Shown one piece after another: positions 18,876 through 28,627 of a stretch of DNA of 64,000 nt (the first letter of the stretch is position 1; every line of letters begins with the position of its first letter). Made by a program: the position numbers and the translations under genes. Where the stretch lies: the NCBI GenBank assembly GCA_024276735.1, contig JAJRWQ010000042.1:4563-68562 (forward strand), given 5' to 3'. The notes beneath the pieces are model-generated. The model saw nothing but the letters and a program-made list of their open reading frames with translations. It had not been told where the DNA came from and ran no database searches. The DNA comes from Actinomycetes bacterium (lineage in GTDB: Bacteria > Actinomycetota > Thermoleophilia > BMS3ABIN01).

Positions 18876-19721
18876 ATGTACAAGATACTGGAAAAAGAAG
18901 ACTACTCGGATGACACCTACATGCAGGTGATCGAGGCCCCGGCAGTGGCCAGGGCGGCCAAGGCCGGGCAGTTCGTGATCGTCAGGCTGCACGAGGAGGG
19001 CGAGCGCATTCCGCTCACCATCGCCGACTTCGACCGCGACAAGGGAACGGTGACCATCGTGGTGCAGGCGGTGGGCAAGACCACCCGCGAGCTGCAGACC
19101 TACGGCGTCGGCGACAGCATCGCCAACCTCATCGGTCCCCTGGGAGTGCCCAGCGAGATCGAGAACTTTGGCACCGTGATCTGCGCCGGCGGCGGCGTGG
19201 GCGTGGCGCCGGTCTTTCCCATCGCCCGCGAGCTCAAGGCCGCGGGCAACAAGGTGATCTCCATCGTGGCCGCCCGCACCAAGTCGCTGATCCTCTGGGA
19301 GGACCGGATGCGCGAGGTCAGCGACGAGGTGATCGTCACCACCGACGACGGCAGTTACGGTCGCAAGTGCCTGGTGACGGAGCCGCTGAAGGAGCTTTGC
19401 GAGGAGGGAGGCGTGGACCTGGTCTACGCCATCGGCCCGGCGATCATGATGAAGTTCTGCTGCAAGACCACGGAGCCCTTCGGGGTGAAGACGGTGGTGA
19501 GCCTGAACTCGATCATGGTGGACGGCACCGGCATGTGCGGCGCCTGCCGCGTGGCGGTGGACGGCGAGACCAAGTTCGTCTGCGTCGACGGCCCCGAGTT
19601 CGACGGCCACGCCGTGGACTTCGACCTGTTGATGTCGCGGCAGCGGCAGTACCTGGAGCAGGAGAAGATCGCGTACGACTACTACTTGGAATGCCGGGGT
19701 GATAAAGCATGTCTGACGTGA
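18876..19721 (+). CDS. nfnA: NfnA/PyrK-like FAD + [2Fe-2S] electron-transfer subunit (sulfide dehydrogenase / NADH-dependent ferredoxin:NADP oxidoreductase small subunit family)
   Basis: MYKILEKEDYSDDTYMQVIEAP..., FNR-like barrel, C-terminal CGACRV cluster. AAGAGGAGG RBS. It overlaps the next gene by 13 nt. Confidence 0.8.
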   Translation: MYKILEKEDYSDDTYMQVIEAPAVARAAKAGQFVIVRLHEEGERIPLTIADFDRDKGTVTIVVQAVGKTTRELQTYGVGDSIANLIGPLGVPSEIENFGTVICAGGGVGVAPVFPIARELKAAGNKVISIVAARTKSLILWEDRMREVSDEVIVTTDDGSYGRKCLVTEPLKELCEEGGVDLVYAIGPAIMMKFCCKTTEPFGVKTVVSLNSIMVDGTGMCGACRVAVDGETKFVCVDGPEFDGHAVDFDLLMSRQRQYLEQEKIAYDYYLECRGDKACLT

Positions 19722-21199
19722 GCAAGAACAACAGCGGCGGCGGCAAGGAGCTCTCCAAGAAGGAGCGGATGGCCATTCCCCGCACGCCCATTCCCGAGCA
19801 GGACCCCCATGAGCGGGCCAAGAACTTCGACGAGGTGGCGCTGGGATACAGCGACGAGCAGGCGATCACCGAGGCCACCCGCTGCCTGCAGTGCAAGAAG
19901 CCCAAGTGCGTCGGCGGCTGCCCCGTGGGCATCGACATCCCGGCCTTCATCGATGCCATCGCCCACGGCGACCCGGCGGGCGCCATCGCCAAGCTGAAGG
20001 AAAAGACCAGCTTCCCCGCGGTCTGCGGCCGCGTCTGTCCCCAGGAGGAACAGTGCGAGCAGGTCTGCATCGTGGGCAAGAAGCACGAGCCGGTGGCCAT
20101 CGGCCGCCTGGAGCGCTATGCCGCCGACTGGGAAGCCAAGCAGGGCAAGGCGGGCAAGCCGGAGATCGCCCCGTCCAAGGGCAAGCGCGTGGGCGTGGTG
20201 GGATCGGGGCCCGCGGGCCTCACCTGCGCCGGCGAGCTGGCGAAGATGGGCTACGAGGTCGTGATCTACGAGGCCCTGCACAAGCCCGGCGGCGTCCTCA
20301 CCTACGGCATCCCCGAGTTCCGCCTTCCCAAGGAGATCGTCTTCCGCGAGTGCGAGTACGTGGAGAGCCTGGGAGTGGAAATCAAGACCGACTACGTCAT
20401 CGGCAAGACCATGACCATCGACGACATGCTCGCCAACGGTCACGACGCCGTCTTCATCGCCAACGGCGCCGGGCTGCCGGTGTTCATGAACATCCCCGGC
20501 GAGAACCTCAATGGAGTCTTCTCCGCCAACGAGTTCCTCACCCGCGCCAACCTGATGAAGGCCTTCAAGTTCCCCGAGTACGACACGCCCATCAAGGTGG
20601 GCAAGAAGGTGGCCGTGATCGGCGGCGGCAACGTGGCCATGGACGCGGCGCGCACGGCGCTGAGGCTGGGAGCGGACGTGCACATGATCTACCGCCGTTC
20701 CCGCGAGGAGATGCCGGCGCGCGACGAGGAGATCCACCACGCCGAGGAGGAGGGCATCCAGTTCCACCTGCTCAACAACCCGGTGCAGATCATCGGTGAC
20801 AACGATGGCTGGGTGGAAGAGATCGAGTGCATCCAGATGGAGCTGGGCGAGCCGGACGAGTCGGGCCGGCGCCGGCCGGTGCCGGTGGAGGGCTCCGAGT
20901 ACCGCATCCCCGTGGACGTGGTGATCATGGCCATCGGTACCCGTTCCAACCCGGTGCTGACCCAGGCCACGCCCGACCTGGAGCTCAACAAGTGGGGCAA
21001 TATCGTGGCCGACCCGGAGACGCTGGCCACCAGCATGGAAGGGGTCTTCGCCGGCGGTGACATCGTCACCGGCGCCGCCACCGTGATCCTGGCCATGGGC
21101 GCGGGCAAGACCGGCGCCCGCTCCATCGACCGCTACCTGCGGGGACTGCCACTGAAGCCGGAAGCGGAGGCTGAGACCGCCGAGCAGGCCAGCGCCTGA
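19709..21199 (+). CDS. nfnB: NfnB/GltD-like NAD(P)H-dependent FAD/Fe-S oxidoreductase (glutamate synthase small-subunit family)
   Basis: CLQCKKPKCVGGCPVGIDIP...CGRVCPQEEQCEQVC, VGVVGSGPAGLTCA, VAVIGGGNVAMDAART; 496 aa. Confidence 0.85.
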   Translation: MSDVSKNNSGGGKELSKKERMAIPRTPIPEQDPHERAKNFDEVALGYSDEQAITEATRCLQCKKPKCVGGCPVGIDIPAFIDAIAHGDPAGAIAKLKEKTSFPAVCGRVCPQEEQCEQVCIVGKKHEPVAIGRLERYAADWEAKQGKAGKPEIAPSKGKRVGVVGSGPAGLTCAGELAKMGYEVVIYEALHKPGGVLTYGIPEFRLPKEIVFRECEYVESLGVEIKTDYVIGKTMTIDDMLANGHDAVFIANGAGLPVFMNIPGENLNGVFSANEFLTRANLMKAFKFPEYDTPIKVGKKVAVIGGGNVAMDAARTALRLGADVHMIYRRSREEMPARDEEIHHAEEEGIQFHLLNNPVQIIGDNDGWVEEIECIQMELGEPDESGRRRPVPVEGSEYRIPVDVVIMAIGTRSNPVLTQATPDLELNKWGNIVADPETLATSMEGVFAGGDIVTGAATVILAMGAGKTGARSIDRYLRGLPLKPEAEAETAEQASA

Positions 21200-21208
21200 G
21201 GGGGATCG

Positions 21209-24200
21209 TTGGCGGAAGCAGCAGCCAGAGAAGCCGAGCGCATAGAGATCACCGTCGACGGCACGCCGGTAGCGGCGTGGACGGGGCAGACGGTGATGGA
21301 GGCCGCCCTGGCGGCGGGGATCGAGATCCCCCGCCTCTGTTACGACGGCCGCATCGAGCCGCGGGCCTCGTGCCGGCTCTGCATCGTCACCGTCGAGGGT
21401 GAGCGCGGCTTTCATACCGCCTGCACCCTGCCGGTGGCCGCGGGCATGTCCGTGACCACCGACAGCGACGAGCTCAAGCAGGCGCGGCGGCTGACCCTGG
21501 AGCTGATCCTCTCCGACCACAACGCTTACTGCCTGCCGCCGTGCCAGAACGGCTGCCCCGACAAGCTGGACATCCCCGGATACGTGGGGGCGGTGGCCCG
21601 CGGCGATTCCCGCGAGGCGGTGCGCATCATCAAGCAGCGCCTGCCCTTTCCCCGCGTGCTGGGGCGGGTTTGCCCGCGGCCCTGCGAGAACGTGTGCCGC
21701 CGGGGCAATCACGACGCGCCGGTATCCATTTGCACCATCAAGCGTTTCGCCGGCGACGACGCCGCGGCGGCGGGTTACGACGAGCCGCCGTTTCCCCAGG
21801 CCGAGCCCAGCGGCAAGCGGGTGGCGGTGGGGGGCGCCGGCCCGGCGGGCCTCACCTGCGCCTATTACCTGGCGCTGAAAGGCCACCAGGTGACGGTGCT
21901 GGAAGCGCTGCCGGAGCCGGGAGGCATGCTGCGCTACGCCATCCCCGAGTATCGCCTGCCCACCAGGGTGCTGGAGGAGGAGCTTGAGCAGCTCTGGGAC
22001 CTGGGGGTGGAGCTGGAGACCGGCGTGGCCATGGGCCGCGACTTCGACATCGACGGGTTGCTGGAGCGCGGCTACGACGCCGTCTTCCTGGGGCTGGGCG
22101 CCCACGGTGACCACCAGATGATGATTCCCGGCGAGGAGCTGGAGGGCGTGGTCTCTTCGGTGGATTTCCTCCGCAGGGTGCGGGCGGGCGAGAAAGTCGA
22201 TGTAGGCAAGCGGGTGGTGGTTGTGGGAGGCGGTTTCACCGCCGTGGACGCCGCGCGCACGGCCATCCGCCTGGGTGCCGAGGAAGCCACCATCGTCTAC
22301 CGGCGCAGCCGTGCCGAGATGCCGGCGCACGAGTCCGAGGTGGAGGAGGCGGAGACGGAGGGGGTCTCCCTGCAGCTGCTGGCGATACCCGAGCGCATCG
22401 AGGGGATCGACGGCCGCGCCACCGGCCTCTGCTGCCTGCAGGCGGAGCTGGTGGCGAGCGAGGAAGGACGGCGGCCGCGGCCGGTGGCCATCGAGGGCAC
22501 CGAGTTCTGCCTGCCGGCGGACACCATCGTGGTCGCCATCGGCCAGAAGCCCAAGCTGTACCACGAGGAAGGCGGCAAGCGGCGCCTGTTCCTGCCCGAG
22601 AAGGATGGCGTCAGGACCACGCGCTGGGGCACCATCGAGGTGGATCCCCAGACCCTGCAGACGGCGCGGCCGCAGGTGTTTGCCGGCGGCGACGTGGTCA
22701 GCGGTGCCGCCACGGTGATCGAGGCGGTGGCGGCGGGCCGCCGCGCCGCCGACAACATCGATGCCTACCTCGCCGGCGATGACGTGGTGGCGGCGGCACG
22801 CAAGTTCACCCCCGCGGAGCCCGTCTACCTGGACATCAAGCAGGAACCGCTGGTGGAGACGCCGCGGCAGCCGATGCCCATGCTCTGCCCGGAGAAGTGC
22901 TGCAACGACTTCACCGAGGTGGAGCTGGGATACAGCCCCGAGGCAGCGCGCCGCGAGGCGGCGCGGTGCATGCAGTGCATCTGCGAGGCGGAGCAGAACT
23001 GCGACCTGCGGCGCCTGGCTATCGAGTACGGCCTCACCGAGAACCGCTTCCAGGGCCGCATGCGCCCGGTGCCACGCCTCGACGATACCAACCCGGTGAT
23101 TCACCGCGATTACCGCAAGTGCATCGCCTGCGGCGCCTGCGAGGCCATCTGCGACGAGCTGGTGGCGGCGCGGGCGGTATCCCTGGCGGGAGGCGGCATG
23201 GACACCTACGTCACATGTGCCTACGGCCGCGGCCTGGAGGAGACCGACTGCGTCTTCTGCGGCCAGTGCGTTTCCGCCTGCCCCACGGGGGCCCTGGACA
23301 ACCGCATGAGCATGAAGCAGCGACCGTTGCCGCTGCGGGGGCGCCCGGAAGAGGTGCAGGAAGTGGACACGGTCTGCTGTTACTGCGGTGTGGGCTGCTC
23401 GCTGACGCTGCACGTCTACCAGGGGCGGGTAATCGAGGTTTCATCGCAAAATCCCTATGCCGTGAACGAAGGCAGCCTTTGCGTCAAGGGACGTTACGGT
23501 TTCGATTTCATTCACCACCCGGACCGGCTCAAGCAGCCGCTGGTACGCAGGGACGGCGAGCTGGTGCCGGTCTCCTGGGAAGAGGCGCTGGAGGAGGTGG
23601 GGGCGAACCTGGAGCGCATCCGCGACGAGCACGGCGGCCGGGCGGTGGGGGCCCTGGCCTCGGGCCGCTGCACCAACGAGGACAACTACCTGCTGCAGAA
23701 GCTGATGCGCTCGGTGATCGGCAGCAACAGCGTCGATCACTGCGCCCGCTTATGACACGCTCCCTCGGTCGCCGGTCTGGCGGCAGCGTTCGGGAGCGGG
23801 GCCATGACCAACTCCATCGCCGACCTGGTGACGGCGGACGTGGTGCTGCTGATGGGTTCCAACACCACCACCGCCCACCCGGTGATCGCCATGCGCCTGA
23901 ACCAGGCGCTGGCGGCGGGGATGAAGCTGATAGTGATCGACCCCCGGGCCACCACCTTCGCCCGCCGTGCTGACATCCACCTGGCGCTGAACCCCGGCAC
24001 CGACGTGGCACTCCTGAAGGCGATGATGCGGGTGATCGTCGAGGAGGGGCTGGAGGATTCCTCCTTCATCGAGATGCGCACCGAGGGTTACGAGGAGCTG
24101 CGCCGCAGCCTGGAAGAGCTGTCCATCGGGCAGGCGGCGGCGATCACCGGCATCGCCGAGGAGGACATCCGGGCGGCGGCCCGCCTTTTCGCCGGCTCCG

Positions 24201-25381
24201 GCCGCAGCGCCATCGTTTACTGCCTCGGTGTCACCCAGCACGCGCACGGCACCGACAACGTCCGCAGCATCGCCAACCTGGCGATGATTACCGGCAGCAT
24301 CGGCCTGCCGGGGACCGGCGTCAACCCCTTGCGGGGAGCCAACAACGTCCAGGGCTGCTGCGACATGGGAGGGCTCTACAACCTGCTGCCGGGCTACAAG
24401 AGCGTCGAGGACGGCGAAGCCCGGGAGCGGTTCGCGGCAGCATGGGGCGGGGAGATCGATCCCCGGCCGGGTCTCAGCGTCACCGAGATGATCGAGGCCG
24501 CGGGCACCGGCGAGCTGAAGGCGATGTACATCATGGGGGAGAACCCGATGCTCTCCGATCCCGACGCCGCGCACGTGAAATCGGGGCTGGAGAACCTCGA
24601 CTTCCTGGTGGTCCAGGACATCTTCCTTACCGAGACGGCGGCGCTGGCGGACGTGGTGCTGCCGGGCGCCACCTTCGCCGAGAAGAACGGCACCTTCACC
24701 AACACCGAGCGGCGGGTGCAGCGGGTGCACAAGGCGGTGGAGCCGCCCGGGGAGGCGCGGCCCGACTGGCGCATCGTGCGCGACGTCGCCAACGCCATGG
24801 GGGCCGACTGGCAGTACCAGAGCCCCAAGGACGTGATGAACGAGGTCCGGCAGCTGGTGCCGCAGTACGGGGGCATCCGCTACGCCCGCCTAGAAAAGGG
24901 CGGCATCCAGTGGCCCTGTCCCGCCGAGTCGCACCCGGGTACCGCCATCCTGCACCAGGAGGAGTTCATCTGCGGCCGCGGCAAGCTGGCGGCGGTAGAC
25001 TTCATTCCCGCCGACGAGCTTCCCGACGACGAGTATCCCTTTATATTCAACGCCGGCCGCGACCTGATGCACTTCCATACCGGCAGCATGACCCGGCGCT
25101 CGCGCAGCCTCGACCAGCTGGTGCCGGGGCCGCTGGTGGATATAAATCCCGCCGACGCCGCGAAACTGGGCATCGAGGACGGGACCCGGATCACCGTCAC
25201 CAGCCGCCGCGGCAGCATCACCGCCGCCGCCCGCCTCACCGACAGCACCCCCCGGGGCTCGGTGTTCCTGCCCTTCCATTACGCCGAGGCGGCCGCCAAC
25301 CTGTTAACGAATACCGCCCGCGACCCGATATGCAAGATACCGGAACTGAAGGTGTGTGCGGTACGAGTGGAAAAGGCTTGA
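21209..25381 (+). CDS. fdhA: selenocysteine-containing formate dehydrogenase catalytic subunit fused N-terminally to a [2Fe-2S] domain, a full GltD/NfnB-like NAD(P)H-flavin module and 4Fe-4S domains; in-frame TGA (Sec) at 23753-23755
   Basis: ORFs 21209..23755 and 23804..25381 share one frame. Reading through the TGA gives ...[31 protein letters not shown], colinear with the FdhF Sec motif CARVUHGPSVAGL. A stem-loop lies 3 nt downstream (CGCTCCC...GGGAGCG with inner CGCC-ggtct-GGCG, 23758-23798). The molybdopterin domains continue to a C-terminal MopB barrel. TTG start at 21209. Confidence 0.85.
23758..23798 (+). promoter_or_regulatory. SECIS-like stem-loop immediately downstream of the in-frame UGA of fdhA
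   Basis: Nested inverted repeats CGCTCCC/GGGAGCG and CGCC/GGCG with a 5-nt apical loop. Confidence 0.5.
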
Positions 25382-25442
25382 GCGGGGCGGTTGGTGATTG
25401 CCGGCAGTCGCGGCAGCATGGGCTCCTCTTATCAAGAGTTAT

Positions 25443-25470
25443 TGACTTTTGATTGATTTTGGAGTATAAA
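25443..25470 (+). promoter_or_regulatory. sigma70-like promoter for the polysaccharide locus
   Basis: TTGACT (25443-48), 16-nt spacer, TATAAA (25465-70), in a locally AT-rich island. A ~110-nt leader then runs to the ATG at 25582. Confidence 0.45.
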
Positions 25471-25581
25471 AAGCTAGCAGCGGCACGCAGGCAAGTTCGG
25501 CGAACCTCAGGTTTTACTCAGGATCACCATCCCCAGGCGCCTGAAATGCTGCTATGCTGCACCACTAGGGGAAAGGATGTC

Positions 25582-27135
25582 ATGGGCTATACTCCTGAGT
25601 CAGATCAGGCTGCCTGCAAGGGGGGTGCTTCGCATGCTTGGAGTTTCCTGCCGTACGAGAGCGGAAGCGGGAAGGCGCAGCGCCCGGAGCTGAAAGTGGT
25701 ACGGATCGTCAGGGGCGCGGTGATACCGCTGGTAGACACCGTTACCATCTCGCTGGCGCTGTTCCTGGCCTTCCTGATGACACAGGCATGGAATGAAGAC
25801 GGGCTGCTGGAAAGCCTGCTGGGGCCCGCGATGGGCGTGGTCGACGAACGCCTGCTGTTCCTGGGGCTGATGACCGTGCCCGTATGGCTGATCGTTTTCA
25901 CGTCGTTCGGCGTCTACCGGCGCGAGGTCCTGCGCCTTTCCGTGTCCACCTTCGACGAGTTGCCGCAAACGATAGGGGCGCTCGCCGTGGGAGCCTGGCT
26001 CAGTGTATCCATTCTCCTGCTCACGGCCGCCGATGACATTTCCTTCAAGAGTATCTGGGTTTTCGTGGCCTTCGCCTGGATGCTGCTGATTTTCCTGTTG
26101 CCGCTGGCGCGGGCGGTGGTGCGGATAGGCCTCTCTTTTTACAATCCCTTCCAGACCTACGCCCTGGTGGTGGGTGCCGGTGAAGTGGGTCGCAGCTTGA
26201 TAGGCAGGTTGAATCGCCACAAGGAATACGGCCTAAAGGTGGTAGGTTTTCTCGACTCGGGCCTGGCAGACGAGGACGAGGCGGAAGTGCAGCTGCTGGG
26301 GCGGCCGTCGGACCTGAGAGACATCATCGACCAGTACGGTATCAGCAGGGTGCTGATCGCTTTTTCGCAAACGACGTACGACAGGATCCTGGAAGTGATA
26401 CACGAGTGCCAGGAGATGAAGGTGGCAGTGAGCGTGGTGCCGCGCTTCTTCGAGGCGTTGTCGGCGCGGGTAGAGATGGAAGACGTGGAAGGGTTGACCT
26501 TGGTGAGCCTGCCGCGCTATGCCAGGCACGGTTGGTTGATGCGCACCGCCAAGCGCATGCTGGACCTGTTCATTGCGACCCTGGCGGCGGTGCTGCTTTC
26601 ACCGGTGCTGTTGCTCGTGGCCATTCTCATCAAGCTGGACTCGCCCGGACCGGTCTTTTTCAAGCAGGAACGCATGGGCAAGAATCACCGGCGGTTCATG
26701 ATGTACAAGTTCCGCTCCATGCGCGCCGATGCCGAGGAGATGAAGGAAAAGCTGGAACAGCACAGCGACGCCAGCGGCCCCATATTCAAGATGAAGGAAG
26801 ATCCGCGGATTACCAGGGTGGGCAAGGTGATCCGGAGGTTGAGCATCGACGAGCTGCCGCAGCTGATCAACGTTTTTCGCGGCGAGATGAGCCTGGTGGG
26901 CCCCCGCCCCCTGCCGGTGGAGGAGGCGGAGGAATGCACGGGGACCGCCGACATGCGGCACAAGGTCCAGCCGGGAATCACCGGCCTGTGGCAGATACTC
27001 GGACGCAGCGACATTCCCTACGAGGAAATGGTGCAACTGGATTACATCTACGTCACCAACTGGACGCTGAGGTGGGACCTGAAGATAATATTGAGAACGG
27101 TCCTGGCCATCGTCCGCAAGCGGGGAGCATACTGA
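25582..27135 (+). CDS. polyprenyl-phosphate sugar-1-phosphate transferase (priming glycosyltransferase, WbaP/WcaJ/EpsL-like)
   Basis: N-terminal TM helices and a C-terminal bacterial sugar transferase domain (RMLDLFIATLAAVLLSPVLL, KFRSM, DELPQLINVFRGEMSLVGPRP). Confidence 0.85.
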   Translation: MGYTPESDQAACKGGASHAWSFLPYESGSGKAQRPELKVVRIVRGAVIPLVDTVTISLALFLAFLMTQAWNEDGLLESLLGPAMGVVDERLLFLGLMTVPVWLIVFTSFGVYRREVLRLSVSTFDELPQTIGALAVGAWLSVSILLLTAADDISFKSIWVFVAFAWMLLIFLLPLARAVVRIGLSFYNPFQTYALVVGAGEVGRSLIGRLNRHKEYGLKVVGFLDSGLADEDEAEVQLLGRPSDLRDIIDQYGISRVLIAFSQTTYDRILEVIHECQEMKVAVSVVPRFFEALSARVEMEDVEGLTLVSLPRYARHGWLMRTAKRMLDLFIATLAAVLLSPVLLLVAILIKLDSPGPVFFKQERMGKNHRRFMMYKFRSMRADAEEMKEKLEQHSDASGPIFKMKEDPRITRVGKVIRRLSIDELPQLINVFRGEMSLVGPRPLPVEEAEECTGTADMRHKVQPGITGLWQILGRSDIPYEEMVQLDYIYVTNWTLRWDLKIILRTVLAIVRKRGAY

Positions 27136-27322
27136 TTGGCCCTCGCCGCCACCGATGATCTTCTCGACTGAACGGACGATTTCTCTTTCCCGGAGCCACG
27201 ATTGTTTCTCAGGCCTCACGTGCTGTTAGAATGAGCCTTCGGAAAGAGCAAGGGCTGGCCGGGACAGGGTTTTACAGGGGGCGGAGGCGGATCTTGAACC
27301 ACCGACTGACTGGAGATGAGCA

Positions 27323-28627
27323 ATGAATACGAGGGGACCGGACGGGGGGCGGGCCGTGGTCATCGGTCTCGATGGAACGCCGTTCAGCTTTCTCGATGCC
27401 GAGATAGCCAAGGGTAATCTGCCGGCGCTGGCCGCCATTGCGTCGGAAGGTGGATTGACGCGCATGGAGACGGAAATTCCCACCATATCTTCCGTGGCCT
27501 GGGCTTCGTTCATGACCGGCGTCAATCCCGGCAGGCACGGTATTTACGGATTCACCGACAGGAAACCGGGCACTTACGAGCTCTACTTTCCCAACTATAA
27601 TCACCTGAAGGTAGAGCCCATGTGGGAACGCTTCAGCGCCCAGGGGAAGCGCTGCTGCGTGTTGAACGTGCCTTCCACCTATCCTGCCCGTGAGCTGAAC
27701 GGCATCCTGGTGTCGGGTTTCGTCGCTCCCAGCCTCGAGCGGGCCACGTATCCAGCCGAGGCTTACGAGTATCTGGAGAAAGTCGGTTACCGGGTAGACG
27801 TGGACGCTTCCCGGGGGAGAGAGTCTCTCGATCTTCTTCTGGAAGACCTTCACCAAACGTTGGAGAAGCGTCGCGAGGTGATGCACCACTTCTGGAAGCA
27901 GGAAGACTGGGATCTCTTCGTGTGCGTCTTCACCGGTACCGACAGGTTGCACCACTTCATGTGGAGGCATTACGAAAACGAAGACCCCGTTTATGCCGAC
28001 GAGTTCACCCGTTACTACAAGAGGCTGGACGAGATCATCGGCGAATTCGTATCGGGGCTGCCGGATGGTATTGCCCTATTCATGCTCTCCGATCACGGCT
28101 TCGCCGGTATCAGGCGGGAGGTTTTTCTCAATGCTTTCCTGCGCCAGGAGGGTTTCCTGTCGCTGAAGGGTGATTCTCCGCGTACCATAGCCGATATCGA
28201 TCCCTCCACCACCAGGGCTTATTGCATGGATCCGGGAAGGATTTACGTGAATCTCGAGGGGCGCGAACCGGAGGGAAGCGTATCGTCCGGGCGTGAATAC
28301 GAGCAAGTATGCAGCGAGTTGAGCCGGGCGCTACTGGAACTGAAGGATCCCGAGTCCGGAGCAAGGGTGATCGATGCCGTCGTTGCCGGGATCGAGCTCT
28401 ACGAGGGTCCACACACGCAGGCAGCACCGGACCTGGTGGCTTTGCCCGCGGAAGGCATGGACCTCAAGGGATCCATGGCCAAGAATGAAATCTTCGTCGA
28501 GGGGCACCTGACCGGAATGCACACCCAAGATGATGCCTTTTCCCTCATTCGCGCGGACGAGGATCTCGAGCCCGCTGTACACATCCGGGAGCTGGCGGAC
28601 CGCATCGCAGCCATCATCCAGCCCTGA
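27323..28627 (+). CDS. alkaline-phosphatase-superfamily protein (type I phosphodiesterase / nucleotide pyrophosphatase-like, PF01663-like), paralog 1
   Basis: VIGLDGTPFSFLD...IPTISSVAWASFMTGVNPGRHGIYGF. Its stop TGA abuts the ATG of the following flippase. Confidence 0.75.
   Translation: MNTRGPDGGRAVVIGLDGTPFSFLDAEIAKGNLPALAAIASEGGLTRMETEIPTISSVAWASFMTGVNPGRHGIYGFTDRKPGTYELYFPNYNHLKVEPMWERFSAQGKRCCVLNVPSTYPARELNGILVSGFVAPSLERATYPAEAYEYLEKVGYRVDVDASRGRESLDLLLEDLHQTLEKRREVMHHFWKQEDWDLFVCVFTGTDRLHHFMWRHYENEDPVYADEFTRYYKRLDEIIGEFVSGLPDGIALFMLSDHGFAGIRREVFLNAFLRQEGFLSLKGDSPRTIADIDPSTTRAYCMDPGRIYVNLEGREPEGSVSSGREYEQVCSELSRALLELKDPESGARVIDAVVAGIELYEGPHTQAAPDLVALPAEGMDLKGSMAKNEIFVEGHLTGMHTQDDAFSLIRADEDLEPAVHIRELADRIAAIIQP

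Noticed and set aside
19682-23413. 1243-aa ORF on the minus strand antisense to nfnB and fdhA. Similar long antisense or out-of-frame ORFs occur at 52310..55735, 12725..14905, 7190..8983, 5874..7193 and 10127..11326, and at many 60-300 aa ORFs overlapping the called genes.
   Set aside because: High-GC DNA suppresses stop codons in non-coding frames. These translations are low-complexity, rich in Arg/Ala/Gly/Pro, have no family resemblance, and overlap genes with clear homology on the other strand or frame.
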